From positions 1,239,849 to 1,303,848 of the forward strand of contig CBDBLX010000002.1 in the NCBI GenBank assembly GCA_965207445.1: DNA of 64,000 bases, written 5' to 3'. How positions within the stretch are numbered: the first letter of the stretch is position 1; every line of letters begins with the position of its first letter. The DNA comes from Nitrosopumilus sp. (GTDB lineage Archaea > Thermoproteota > Nitrososphaeria > Nitrososphaerales > Nitrosopumilaceae). The translations under genes were made by a program, and so were the position numbers. The notes below the pieces were generated by a model. It saw only the letters and a list, made by a program, of their open reading frames with translations. It ran no database searches and had not been told where the DNA came from. This document shows, one piece after another, positions 1-10,508 of this stretch.

Positions 1-597
1 GCTGCTCACAAGAATGCTCGTCTGCAACTAGTAGACAAGGGAGCTGTACCTGAGTCAATACGCATCGACAGTTCGTATATGCCTGATAAAGGGTTGCTAC
101 GCATAACTGCAATTGGAAGCGTTGCAATGGATGCTCATGCGACACAAAATGTCACATATGACAACTCTAATTTACGTGCAACATTTGATCTTGATGAGGC
201 ATTGAATCGTGCATCTGAGATAACAAATATGGATAAAAATCTAATAAATCTAGAGTTTGAATCAGATCATTACATGATACTAGTAGGGCACAAAACAAAG
301 AGGCGGCACATGTTTAGCAAAAAGAACAAACATAGAATACTTGTTTTGGATAGATTTGGTCAAGCAAAACTAGATGTTGCAGATGGAATTGTATTTCAAG
401 GAGGCAGACTGAACATCATCGAAGAATTAGATGCATATTTAGAGTCTAGACATACAGCAGTAGCCCCTCAGGTATATCTGATTGATGATACTCGTATGCT
501 TGATTTTTCTGGCTTGACATCATCATCGCACATTCTAAATGCAGTACAAGATGAGATGGAGGATAATACAAAGGTAGCAGTTATTGTAGAATTATGA
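1..597 (+). CDS. C-terminal part of a conserved protein, probably hydantoinase/oxoprolinase family (5' truncated by window)
   Basis: Frame open from base 1 (AAHKNARLQLVDKGAVPESIRID...) to stop at 595-597; family assigned by resemblance only. Confidence 0.55.
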   Translation, partial: AAHKNARLQLVDKGAVPESIRIDSSYMPDKGLLRITAIGSVAMDAHATQNVTYDNSNLRATFDLDEALNRASEITNMDKNLINLEFESDHYMILVGHKTKRRHMFSKKNKHRILVLDRFGQAKLDVADGIVFQGGRLNIIEELDAYLESRHTAVAPQVYLIDDTRMLDFSGLTSSSHILNAVQDEMEDNTKVAVIVEL

Positions 598-718
598 TTA
601 GATTATACTTTTTTGATTATTTTGCTTTGTTATGATTATTTGGACTAGCTGATTATATTTTGGTAATTTTTTAGCGTAGATGGTTTTTATTAATAATTTT
701 GCATCCTTTATGAATATA

Positions 719-967
719 TTATGTTTTTTCTTTATTATTTTTTTGTACTTGTGTAATCAATATCTCGACTGTTTCAAGTGGGTCATCTACTTTGTTGCGT
801 CGAATTGATAACAATGTTGGTTTTTCAAAATCTTCTGTACAATCTGGGCATGCATATACTAGTACACGATGCTCATTTGGCGCCTTTGGATTTGAGAGTC
901 TAGGATAATACACTAGTCTTGCACCGCAATCAACACAATACCTGTTTGCTCTTCTAGTTCTTGGCAT
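719..967 (-). CDS. Small Zn-ribbon protein
   Basis: CVDC...CPDC pairs, 82 aa. Confidence 0.75.
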   Translation of the reverse strand: MPRTRRANRYCVDCGARLVYYPRLSNPKAPNEHRVLVYACPDCTEDFEKPTLLSIRRNKVDDPLETVEILITQVQKNNKEKT

Positions 968-1091
968 ATCACTTGTTGTATAATGGTAAAATTAGTATTT
1001 ACCTAAATTGCTTGATATTTGCCAATCTGCATCTGATAAGCATTTAATTCACAAACACCCAATTCACAAATGCACATCTAGCACACAACAT

Positions 1092-1225
1092 CTATAGCAA
1101 TGAGCATAAATCAATGTACGCCAATTTTATACGATTTTATGCCTGAAAAGATATATGTAAAAATATTATATTTTGAAAACGTTACATTGTTTTTAATATG
1201 AATAGAAACGTTTCAAATGTGCATT
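1092..1225 (+). repeat. ~135-bp IS-end-like repeat, copy 1 (begins CTATAG)
   Basis: Reverse complement of 3862-3997 and 48962-49097. Confidence 0.85.
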
Positions 1226-1378
1226 GTAATAAGCATAGTATGTGTATCATGCCCAAGAAATTAGTAGTTGTTAGTTTGTAATTGACAAATATGCCGCGTT
1301 ACCACAAAAAATTTTGTGGTACTCTTAGACGTGCCTATTTTTAGGAAGGTTTTAAATGATTAAATTATTTACTAGGGT

Positions 1379-2390
1379 ATGGATTTGCTTGGGCAATTGT
1401 TGTACATAATAAGAAAAATTGAAAAAGACAGTCGTATAGTACGCAGATTCTGCATGTTAATTTTATTTTTTAGTTTGGGTACATTTAGTGATACTGAACG
1501 AAAACACAACTGCGATAGAAGAACAGTTGCAATGTGGTAGCACAGATTAAAGGCTGCAAGAAAGACACCAAAAGGTATCTGAGATGTATTAACAGATAGG
1601 CCTAGGTCAGGATGTCTGATAAAAGTTGACAGAGATATACTTGATAAAGTAAGACAATGGTGTGATGGTAAATGTATTGAATCTATTGAAATATCTGATA
1701 AGATATTTGAGTTGTCCGGTACGAGGCCAAGTATAACACAAGTTCAAAGATACGTGAGACAGTGGAGGTGCTCAAAGAAAAAGACAGAATTAATTGAGAA
1801 CAATTGTGCCAAGATGACAACTGTTCGAGTCTAAATATGTAGACTCTTTAAAACGCTAGAAAAGTTTGGCAAAAAGGATATACAATAGTGACAATGGATG
1901 AATCACACATTCGAGATTCTGAGAGGTCACATAAGTTTTGGTCAAAAGTGGGAGTGCACATATACTCGTTTTAGAGTGGGAATTATCATAGATTCTATAT
2001 GATGTGTTCAATAACACCAACTGGAAAATTATTCTATAATTCTTGTAACACTGCAAACACAACCACCCTCATTTTTGGAGCATGTTGATCGTATGTACCA
2101 AAAAATTGGAAATGTGGTGCTTGCTTGACAGAGCATTATATCACACCTCAAAAAAGACAACGAAATATTTCAAAAACCACCCGGACATTATGTTAATGGT
2201 ATATAGTAGAGCATCCATACCTGAATCCTGTTGAGTAACTGTGATGTGGATGTGCTCAAGGCATCAATCAACAACTCAAATATGTGCAATTGTCAATGCA
2301 CACAAAAAAACAGCATTCAAATTTATCAACGAACACATATTTGATTATAATTTTACCAAATTCTGGAAATAAAGACTGCCCAAAGGGGTA
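1379..2390 (+). pseudogene. IS630-family transposase remnant
   Basis: Broken frames containing LTDRPRSG (HTH), DRALYHTSK and LNPVE motifs. Confidence 0.7.
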
Positions 2391-2685
2391 ATGCGTCCAA
2401 TTGTCAGATTGGAAGGTGAACTGAGTTCTAAAGTAAAGGAATGCAACATAACCATCCCGATAGCAACAACAACAACAACAACGAAATATTATTTTAATCA
2501 ATACACCTTTACTAGAAAAGCAGCAGAAATGGTATATGTATGCCATACTCAATCTGTCAGAAACACTGCTCAAATAAAGGCTCTATAAAATAACGTGGAA
2601 ATTTCTGAGACTATGTAAATCTCGTCGTGCAAACTGCGACTCCCTTATTATTTATATTCAATAATATTTATTCAAAAAAAAATAT

Positions 2686-3060
2686 TTAATTTGAATATTT
2701 GTTTGTTTTATTTTGTTTAAAATAATTCGTATTATGGATTGACTTTATACCATTGGGTACAAGTTTTATACTAACTAGAATGCAAAAAGCCATTGAAAGT
2801 AGAGCGGTTGCAAGAGCTATATCTGTTAAAGATTGTATGATTGTATACAAGGGGATGCATATAATAAATAATATAACAAGTATGGGGGCAAATATAGGGT
2901 TAAATTTCAAATCTTTAGTATATCGTGTCATATAGATGTAGAAGGAAATTCCTAAAATAAATGGAAATACATGCATGGTGTCAAAATCCCACGCCAATAC
3001 AACACATACACTTGCTAAACCAAGCAAACCTAGTACAAGAAAATCATAAAAAAGAGTCAT
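2686..3060 (-). CDS. Small multi-pass membrane protein
   Basis: About four hydrophobic segments; ATGA overlap with the upstream ORF. Confidence 0.65.
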   Translation of the reverse strand: MTLFYDFLVLGLLGLASVCVVLAWDFDTMHVFPFILGISFYIYMTRYTKDLKFNPIFAPILVILFIICIPLYTIIQSLTDIALATALLSMAFCILVSIKLVPNGIKSIHNTNYFKQNKTNKYSN

Positions 3061-3317
3061 GGTAAAAGCGCCTCAATTATATCAAAATTGTCCATAATTA
3101 AGCCAATTAAATAACCACCAAAACCGCCACCAAACATCTGTGCAGCAGCACGTAATGCTTTTGCTAATGCACTGGTATGGGCGCGTTCGGCCAACCTGCC
3201 TAATTCTTCGGCCAACCCCTCTAACTTTCCCTTTTCGTATTCACCTATATTATCCATTTTAGCAATGTTTAACATTGATGTTTTTATGTTATTTATTTCT
3301 GTTGAAATATCAACCAT
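3057..3317 (-). CDS. Small protein with helical N-terminus and Gly-rich hydrophobic C-terminus
   Basis: 86 aa, FGGGFGGYLIGLIM; TATA-like ATTTAAATA about 25 nt upstream. Confidence 0.65.
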   Translation of the reverse strand: MVDISTEINNIKTSMLNIAKMDNIGEYEKGKLEGLAEELGRLAERAHTSALAKALRAAAQMFGGGFGGYLIGLIMDNFDIIEALLP

Positions 3318-3362
3318 ATATCTAATAAAATCACAATATATTTAAATTTTACAAATCCCGCA

Positions 3363-3465
3363 AGGTTGGAGCGTAATTGACCTTTGGCCTGCCTATGACC
3401 CTTCTGTGAATTTACTCGGTTTATTGCACATTCAATCTACTGAAGACTAAAATCTATCTATAGTA
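3363..3465 (-). mobile_element. Solo right end of the IS5-like element at 50151-51822
   Basis: Reverse-complement match to about 51720-51822 including the TIR. Confidence 0.75.
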
Positions 3466-3861
3466 GTAGTGATTATGCAGAAACCCCTTCAAATTAACTG
3501 TCGACTAGTCGGAATGCTCACAGCAACTCATCTAATAAGTTACATAGGACAATGACATAATATTAACACCAATATCAAAAACTAACTATATACTTGGCAA
3601 ATTCAGAATTTTACAAAAAATATATGCAACTATAAAATACACTAGATGGTATTAACGTACCATAGATAAATCTCTCATCATTTACGTTTCTTGCGATGTT
3701 AAGTGTGTGACCTAAATGTGGATATATATTAAATATTTAGATAAATTTTTATAAATGATTATTAAATAATTTTAAAACTGACTGTTCAAAAATATTTAAT
3801 ATAATCTTTCAAATATAAAAAATAATATGCATTGATAAAATATTGATTATGCATAAGGTCT

Positions 3862-3997
3862 AATGCACATTTGAAACATTTCTATTCATATTAAAAACAG
3901 ATGTAACGTTTTTAAAATACAATATTTTTACATATGATCTTTTCAGGCATAAAATCGTATAAAATTGGTGTACATGGACTTGTGCTCATCGCTATAG
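3862..3997 (-). repeat. ~135-bp IS-end-like repeat, copy 2
   Basis: Inverted copy of 1092-1225. Confidence 0.85.
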
Positions 3998-4140
3998 GTG
4001 ATTGTAAAATCACCAAACTTGGATTTACATCACTTACATTGATATCTAGAACTCGGATGATTTAGTGACCTTTGATTGCATTTTGGACAAACTCGCCTTC
4101 CTGCCCATCTTTTCTTGATAAAAAATACCTTGTTTTTTGT
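3998..4140 (-). pseudogene. IS1595-like transposase Zn-ribbon fragment
   Basis: RWAGRRVCPKC...RYQCK*CKSKFGDFT. Confidence 0.5.
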
Positions 4141-4834
4141 CAAATTATTTGCTAAAATTTTTGGATGATTATTAGACACTATCTAGGTGTGAAATTATTT
4201 ATCAATATGTATTTTTTCAAAGATAAACGTACTGCCTTTTTTATAATGGTGAAACAACTTGCCGCAAATGTCATAAATACGATTAAAATGCATATTGACA
4301 AAACTATGAAATTGCTAGTCCAAACAAGAAAAGCATCAAAACAAAATATCACTACCAATGCAAAAATGCGAACTTGTTTTTCTTAGTTCTGACCACTCTT
4401 CAGATCCATTTTATGTTGTCATATACTCCAATAGATTTGTCGAGATTTACAGCATGTCCTCCAGCGGCATCTAGCTCCTCAGACACCCCCCATAGATTCT
4501 CCAAGTATCTGTATTATTGCCCCTCAATTTCCTTTATCCAACAGTGGTTCTTTTCACATTCACAAATTCCATGCATTTTTGATAAAAACACCACATTGGT
4601 CATATATTTCATCTGCAAACAAAATAAAGTCATTATCGAATGTCAACAATTCAACATTCTGACCTTGGGCCAGCTTTGCGGCAGTAGCTAAAATTTTCAA
4701 GTCGGCGCCGTTTGGAGGTCCATTTTTTACCGTGGTTTTTTTAATTGTCGCCCATCTTTTCTTTTTTTGGTCTTGTGCGGGGTCGCTCCAAATTGTTGCA
4801 TACGTGTTTCTAACTTTCCACAAAAGCGAGGGAT

Positions 4835-6975
4835 GTAACAGTTCAACCCCTATTTTGTAAGTAGGCATACAGATACAGCAATAGCGATCACCGATCATTA
4901 TTGTGATCGAATTTACGTAAATCTAAATGATAAACACGATGATATGTGAGAAAGTGCCCAAAATGTTGAAAACACGTTTGATTATTTTTTGCATCTAGGC
5001 AGGAAATTACTCAGCTAATTGATCTGTGGTCAGCTTTTGACATTGCGGGGTGTTAAATACATAGTTTTTTACTTACCATTGATACCAAAATGGTAAGTAG
5101 AAAACTTAATGATATTGTATTGCAAAAACAGTATTTAGACTATTTTAATCACAATAATGAAAATTTACATAATTGTGTACAGTGTGTGCTCAAACACAGT
5201 TGTGCGGTGAGTAGCAAAATCATCAGAGGTGGTGTGTTGCAATGATCTCAGAGATGACCACACTGCGCAAAGAAATTCATACATTGCACTCACAGTTGGA
5301 TTCTGCAAATGATACGATACGCAACAATTCTGCTGAATTAGAGAAGAGTCATCTAGAGACGGCTACTGCGCGAGCAGAGATTGCGGTATTAGAAGAGAAA
5401 TACTCCAAAATGTCTGCCAAAAACAAGCAGCTTGAGGATACAATAAAGCAACAGCAACAGCAACACAATTGCAGTCAGGAATGCATAGTTTTGAGAGAAG
5501 AGAATGTACAACTAAAACAACAACTCCAACAAAAAACCAGACAACACCACCGTGTTGATAATGCCCACACACCTCCCTCTGCAGGAAGCGACTCACAAAA
5601 TAAACTCAAAAATTACAGACGCGAACATGCAGAACGCTGTTACTTGGAATATGGAATAGTTATGGAAGCCATTACTAATTCTGACAATTATGTACTCGAA
5701 AATGTAATTGCACATGAAACCAACGACAAAGCGGTTAGAAAAGGAGTCAGTCTAATCCTGTATGGGTTAGAAGATAAGACAAAAGGAAAAAAATGGAATG
5801 AAGGTGAGGGAGAGGAGAAAACAACCATATATGATATGGACGTCACAGAGGAAATTGACTATACAGTAGACAAATGCCCCGAATGTGGTGCAGATGTAGA
5901 TGTTAAACACGAATGCAAGATGGTAATAGACACTCCAAAAATAGTCAAAGCCACAAAAAAACGGATTAAATCATCAAAAGGCAAGTGCAAAAACAACCAC
6001 AAAATAAACACCATGCCCAAAGGATATACCAAAGGCTCAATGTTTGGCCCCAATCTCATGACCATGATCGTATTCATGTTCTTTACAACACTCAGTCTAA
6101 ACTCCATATCACACATGCTAACGCTAGTCGGCGTTCCAAAGGTCTCAAAGGTGACCATAATGAACGCTCTTACAGCAGTAGCAAGAGAAAAGTTTGCAGC
6201 AACTGCAAAACAGATCTCAAAAAATCTTGCAAAAACAAGATATTTGATGGGTGATGAAACGCCAGTCAAAATAGGCATAAAACGTGGCTATGCGTGGGTG
6301 TTCATAGGCGAATATGGCATCAGTTTTGTCATTACTCGCTCACGTGGTGCGGCTGTATTAGATATACACTGTCCGTTATTTGACATTCCAATCGTGGTGG
6401 ATGGATACGCCGCATACAACAAATTCAAAACCAAACAGCGCTGCTGGGCGCATGTTTTGCGCGATGCCGAACTGCTGGCAGCCATGCAAGGCGGCAATCT
6501 CGTAGAATTACACCAAAAACTCCAACACATATTTCACGAGGCCAAACAGCTACCCCCAGACACCACAGATCAACAACTGCAAGACAACTGGATAGATCCC
6601 GTCATGGCAATTGCAGGCACATATACAGAACTGGGATACTCGTTTGGTGGTAAACTACTCAATGCGGCGCCAGACCTGTTTACATTTGTCAAATATCCGG
6701 GCATGCCACCTACCAACAACAAATCCGAACGAACACTTCGACGCGTCGTGATTCACAAAAAGATTCGTCAGATGTTTCGCATGGCCTCGTTTCGTACAAC
6801 AGGAATGGAGGTTTATGGTATATTGATGTCATGTATGATGACGTGGTATGATCAGGACAAGGATCTTGTAAAGAACATCTATGACACCATCATGGCAAGC
6901 TAAATCATTCACCAAACTTCATCGCATAGCGGTAGATGTGTGTTGAGGTGTACAGGTAGGGGGTTTAACTGTTAC
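4835..6975 (+). mobile_element. IS66-family element (single-ORF type)
   Basis: TIRs GTAACAGTTCAACCCC / GGGGTTTAACTGTTAC; 9-bp TSD GCGAGGGAT on both sides. Confidence 0.9.
5242..6903 (+). CDS. IS66-family transposase
   Basis: Coiled coil, CPEC, DET, VVDGYAAY, QRCWAH, LFTF..PTNN.SER. Confidence 0.92.
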   Translation: MISEMTTLRKEIHTLHSQLDSANDTIRNNSAELEKSHLETATARAEIAVLEEKYSKMSAKNKQLEDTIKQQQQQHNCSQECIVLREENVQLKQQLQQKTRQHHRVDNAHTPPSAGSDSQNKLKNYRREHAERCYLEYGIVMEAITNSDNYVLENVIAHETNDKAVRKGVSLILYGLEDKTKGKKWNEGEGEEKTTIYDMDVTEEIDYTVDKCPECGADVDVKHECKMVIDTPKIVKATKKRIKSSKGKCKNNHKINTMPKGYTKGSMFGPNLMTMIVFMFFTTLSLNSISHMLTLVGVPKVSKVTIMNALTAVAREKFAATAKQISKNLAKTRYLMGDETPVKIGIKRGYAWVFIGEYGISFVITRSRGAAVLDIHCPLFDIPIVVDGYAAYNKFKTKQRCWAHVLRDAELLAAMQGGNLVELHQKLQHIFHEAKQLPPDTTDQQLQDNWIDPVMAIAGTYTELGYSFGGKLLNAAPDLFTFVKYPGMPPTNNKSERTLRRVVIHKKIRQMFRMASFRTTGMEVYGILMSCMMTWYDQDKDLVKNIYDTIMAS

Positions 6976-7287
6976 GCGAGGGATCGTCAGGACACATATA
7001 TTTTGGAGCCAGTTCGCCATATTTCACGAATGACATTTGATCCAGTTTGAGCATGACAGAGGCCGGAAATGAGTGTTTTGCGGCTGTATCGGACAACACG
7101 TCCCGCATGTTTCTTACAGTCTCGTGATCCACAGTTTTTGTGACACAAATGGAACCATCTAGAAGTTTCGGGGCGATGTATCGAGTCACGTGGTAAGATT
7201 TTGATAGTTTGATGGGAATTTTACTGCCAGATTTTATGACACTGTGGTTAATAGAGTAACAAAGACAGACGTTCGTGTCCAGCACAG

Positions 7288-8142
7288 TTAAGACGGAATT
7301 TCTATCGCTTCCAGGGCCTTTGACAAGCGTAATGCCTCATCCTCCTCTAATATTTCATCCAGCGATCTTTCCATTGGATCATGTGCAATATTTCTTCTTT
7401 TACAATATTGAACCAAATAGTTGTAAAGATCTTGAATCTCAACAAACCCCGGATGGAGATAGTCCGGATTGTTCGAGGGTAAAACCGCATTCCTTGCAAG
7501 ATCTTTGCATTTCTGTATGATCTCCTTGGACAGGTTAAACACTACCCTATTTTGGACCGCATCCTTTGTCTGCATTTCTGCGAAAATCCTGCTGAGCATT
7601 TCCAAGATTCCCAAGACAAATGTCACTTGACTACCTGCTGTTTTTGCATAACTGTGTTTTATTGGGTGTATGACCCTGGCCAACTCCTCCTTTACCTCTA
7701 ATTTGAGCCTCTGTGAATCATGATGTTGTTTGAGGGCAAATTGCGCATATGCCAAATCAAGTAATTTTTCTGGCGACTGTGAATTGAGATCCTCTGCCTT
7801 GCTGGCTACTGATTCGATCAGATCCGGTTTGATGTTTCGGCTCATCTTTTGCAGTGTATCTTGTCCATTGTCGGTGATATGATATGAATAATAGTGCCTG
7901 TCGGGCAAGTACGCGTTCTGGGAAAGTTTCTGTGTTATTAGCAACGGATAGCATACAGTATCCAAGTCAAGACCGTCAGAGTAGGGACCATAATGATGTT
8001 TTATAAAATCATATTCGTCAAGTTTTAGTTCATGTTGCAGCAGAAACATAATTTTTTGGAATTTAATTTTTGAATGCAATCCCCCTGTCGTCTTTAAGAC
8101 CTGCAAAGGCAGCCATAGCCTACTTGGTGCGTCCTCAAACAT
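7288..8142 (-). CDS. YwgA/DUF4065(Panacea)-like wHTH protein, probable antitoxin
   Basis: KFQKIMFLL and HHYGPYS motifs; stop 2 nt before PIN start; ORF-track extension to 8241 runs into a MITE. Confidence 0.7.
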   Translation of the reverse strand: MFEDAPSRLWLPLQVLKTTGGLHSKIKFQKIMFLLQHELKLDEYDFIKHHYGPYSDGLDLDTVCYPLLITQKLSQNAYLPDRHYYSYHITDNGQDTLQKMSRNIKPDLIESVASKAEDLNSQSPEKLLDLAYAQFALKQHHDSQRLKLEVKEELARVIHPIKHSYAKTAGSQVTFVLGILEMLSRIFAEMQTKDAVQNRVVFNLSKEIIQKCKDLARNAVLPSNNPDYLHPGFVEIQDLYNYLVQYCKRRNIAHDPMERSLDEILEEDEALRLSKALEAIEIPS

Positions 8143-8190
8143 GCAGTAACAAAGACGGCGCACTATATAGACATTTTCCACAGTGGGAGG

Positions 8191-8271
8191 GTAACAGTTC
8201 AACCTCTTCCCAAATTTAGGCACAGATTCGCCGCCTAACATCTGTTGCAGGCACGAGGGTTGAACGGTTAC
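8191..8271. mobile_element. 81-bp MITE related to the IS66 ends
   Basis: GTAACAGTTCAACC...GGTTGAACGGTTAC; 9-bp TSD AGTGGGAGG. Confidence 0.88.
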
Positions 8272-8276
8272 AGTGG

Positions 8277-8787
8277 GAGGTTGGTGTGTAATTCATCAAA
8301 TCACCACTTGTATTGTACTTGCATCGTACTTGCAAAGTCATCTGCAAATATCACCAGAGTTTTATATGTATAAATTAAATTATTCAATAAAATCATATAT
8401 AAAAGTATCTGCGCGCTTATCGAGGCAATATTTGGAGCAGAAGAAGAGACAAAGAATCACAGGCTACATTGTCGTATGCGCCTGGGCCAAAAACAGAAAG
8501 CGGTTTGGTAAAATACTATCGATTGCATGGAATATCGACGTTCTAAATAGATTTATCTGCGCTCATGAAAAAGGACAAAAGAATCCATCATACAAATGAC
8601 AACTACTGCTATCACACTTGCACGTTTCATGCTCTATAATCTATGTCTGCCAAAACAACACACATGTATATTCAAAAACAAAACGCACTATAGATAGATT
8701 TCAGTATTCTTCAGATTGAATGTGCAATAAACCAAAAGCTCACAGAAGGGTCACAGGCAGGACTAATGTCAATTACGCACCAACCTC
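8277..8787 (+). mobile_element. Internally deleted derivative of the IS5-like element at 50151-51822
   Basis: Both TIRs present; only the 3' end of the transposase remains (KRFGKILSIAWNI). Confidence 0.88.
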
Positions 8788-8814
8788 ATACGGACTTTTA
8801 CACAAAAACATTAT

Positions 8815-8891
8815 TGGCGCCGCCCATCAGACTTGAACTGACGACCGTCCGATTAACAGTCGGATGCTCTACCATACTAAGCTAGGGCGGC
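8815..8891 (-). tRNA. tRNA-Asn (GTT), CCA encoded
   Basis: Acceptor stem GCCGCCC/GGGCGGC, anticodon loop CTGTTAA, T-loop GTTCAAG. Confidence 0.95.
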
Positions 8892-9419
8892 CCTTGAATT
8901 ATGTCTTGATGATTATGATTTAATCCTTGCGTCGCCAATATGAAATATTTTTTGAGTGAAAAATTATCTCATATATCTGGTCTTATTTTATTTATTTATT
9001 TATTTGTATATTTGTATATTTGTGCAATCATTTACTCTCTTAAAATAAACACTCATTACAATATGACTTGGTATGATAACAAGACAGCAAATGACATTTA
9101 CAAATCACATATACACAAAGGATGTTCTGATTGGTCTACCATTTGGGCAGTCATAAATAGATGAAATATTGCAGTACTGTTTTTAGGTTTTGTTTTTAAC
9201 ATATCAGTAGTTTAGCACTTTGCCATAACTTTCATACGGTTATACCAATTGCAACAGTTCTGCCTTTTTTGATTATGTTGTGTTTTTTTTGCGTGAACCA
9301 ATCTATGACTGATATAATCATTTAAAAATAACTCTAGTCAAATATATCACATACATGATATTTGATATACTGACAAAAATGTGACCCAATACATGTATCT
9401 AATTTTATTATTGCATCCA

Positions 9420-9600
9420 AAGATCTTGACTCACACGCCCGAAGCAATAGCCGGCAGTCCAAGATCTTGACAGCTTACACTCCTAGCATAAACTATAAAC
9501 GATTCTGCGTATCAGTAGGCATGAAATGGACGTGCAATGAGAGTTGCCTTATCAACGCCTCCGGGGGATTAACATAGGCAAACGGTTACTTTTGTCCCTT
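9420..9600. ncRNA. Candidate structured non-coding RNA (family unassigned)
   Basis: GC-richer non-coding island; stems AGATCTTGACT/AGTCCAAGATCT and TTGCCT/AGGCAA; no credible ORF. Confidence 0.5.
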
Positions 9601-9641
9601 GTCTTGTCTATCTCAAATATCTAGACGATTATCACATATCA

Positions 9642-9950
9642 TCAATTATATCTCAAAAACGCATCTTTAATTTGCCCTGATTTTTGTTCTACAATCTCAG
9701 TTATTTTTGTGTGTTCTTCTGCCAAAGGCTCACGGCCATATTTACTTTGAAATACAGATATGGCAGTACCGATCATCTGACCTACAAAGAATCCACACAT
9801 AAAATCCCCGACATTTTTGCATCCCCATACATCAGATGTTCTTTGAGCAGGCTTTGCCATTTGACAAATTTGCAACATCTGTTCTATATAATCATAAAGC
9901 CAATCTATAAAATCGGCACCCATAACATTTTTGTCTATGTTGTGTGACAA
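9642..9950 (-). CDS. Hypothetical protein at the end of the r-protein cluster
   Basis: Directly abuts the rpl6 stop; DFMCGFFVGQMIG. Confidence 0.75.
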   Translation of the reverse strand: MSHNIDKNVMGADFIDWLYDYIEQMLQICQMAKPAQRTSDVWGCKNVGDFMCGFFVGQMIGTAISVFQSKYGREPLAEEHTKITEIVEQKSGQIKDAFLRYN

Positions 9951-10508
9951 TTACTCTGAAATACCTTTTGATTTTTCATATATGTATATACCATCTAAAA
10001 ATACTCGATGATCTTTTCCCTTTACACGCGTTGCAAGTTCAATGTTTGCTGCTGTCTGTGTGACATCAGTCCACACAGCACCAGTTATTATAACATCGTC
10101 ACCCTTGGGCTCTACTTTTGTTGTGGCGCCTACAATACGCGTGACGCGTGCTGCTCTTTCACCCTGAAAATTTTCAATAAAGATATCAGTGCCCTTTACT
10201 TTAACAGTTACAGGAAAGTGTGCAAATACGATCTTCATCTTTATTGTATATCCCTTTATCAAACCTTCGCAGATATTTCTCAATAGTGAGCGAACAGCAT
10301 GCATTACAGCATAATCTCGTTTGCGCGGTCCTGCTGCCTTTAATAATATCTTACCATCTTCAATATCAATTCCGACTGCTATCTTTCTGAAACTTTTGAA
10401 TGTCTTGCCACGTGGGCCTATAAATCCCACCATGTGCTTTTTCTTGGTTACTGTAACACCATCTGGTATCACTATCACATCTTGCATCTTTTCAGGACTA
10501 GTAAACAT
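9951..10508 (-). CDS. rpl6: 50S ribosomal protein uL6
   Basis: AHFP, ENFQGE, KDHRVFLDGIYI. Confidence 0.97.
   Translation of the reverse strand: MFTSPEKMQDVIVIPDGVTVTKKKHMVGFIGPRGKTFKSFRKIAVGIDIEDGKILLKAAGPRKRDYAVMHAVRSLLRNICEGLIKGYTIKMKIVFAHFPVTVKVKGTDIFIENFQGERAARVTRIVGATTKVEPKGDDVIITGAVWTDVTQTAANIELATRVKGKDHRVFLDGIYIYEKSKGISE

Larger units (their letters stand above)
4560..7285 (-). pseudogene. PIN-domain (VapC-like) gene split by IS66: N-part 6976-7285, C-part 4560-4834
   Basis: LDTNV at N-terminus; ADLKILA..LLTFDNDF at C-terminus; removing the IS and one TSD gives in-frame PDDPS-LLWKV. Confidence 0.85.

Noticed and set aside
9480..9520. tmRNA-like resume context (ATAAAC GAT TCT GCG TAT CAG TAG)
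   Set aside because: No tRNA-like domain or CCA end visible, and tmRNA is not known in archaea; kept only as an unassigned ncRNA
9420..9600. RNase P RNA or SRP RNA
   Set aside because: GAGGAAAG/ACAGAA and SRP helix-8 (GGAAG..AGCA) signatures not found on either strand
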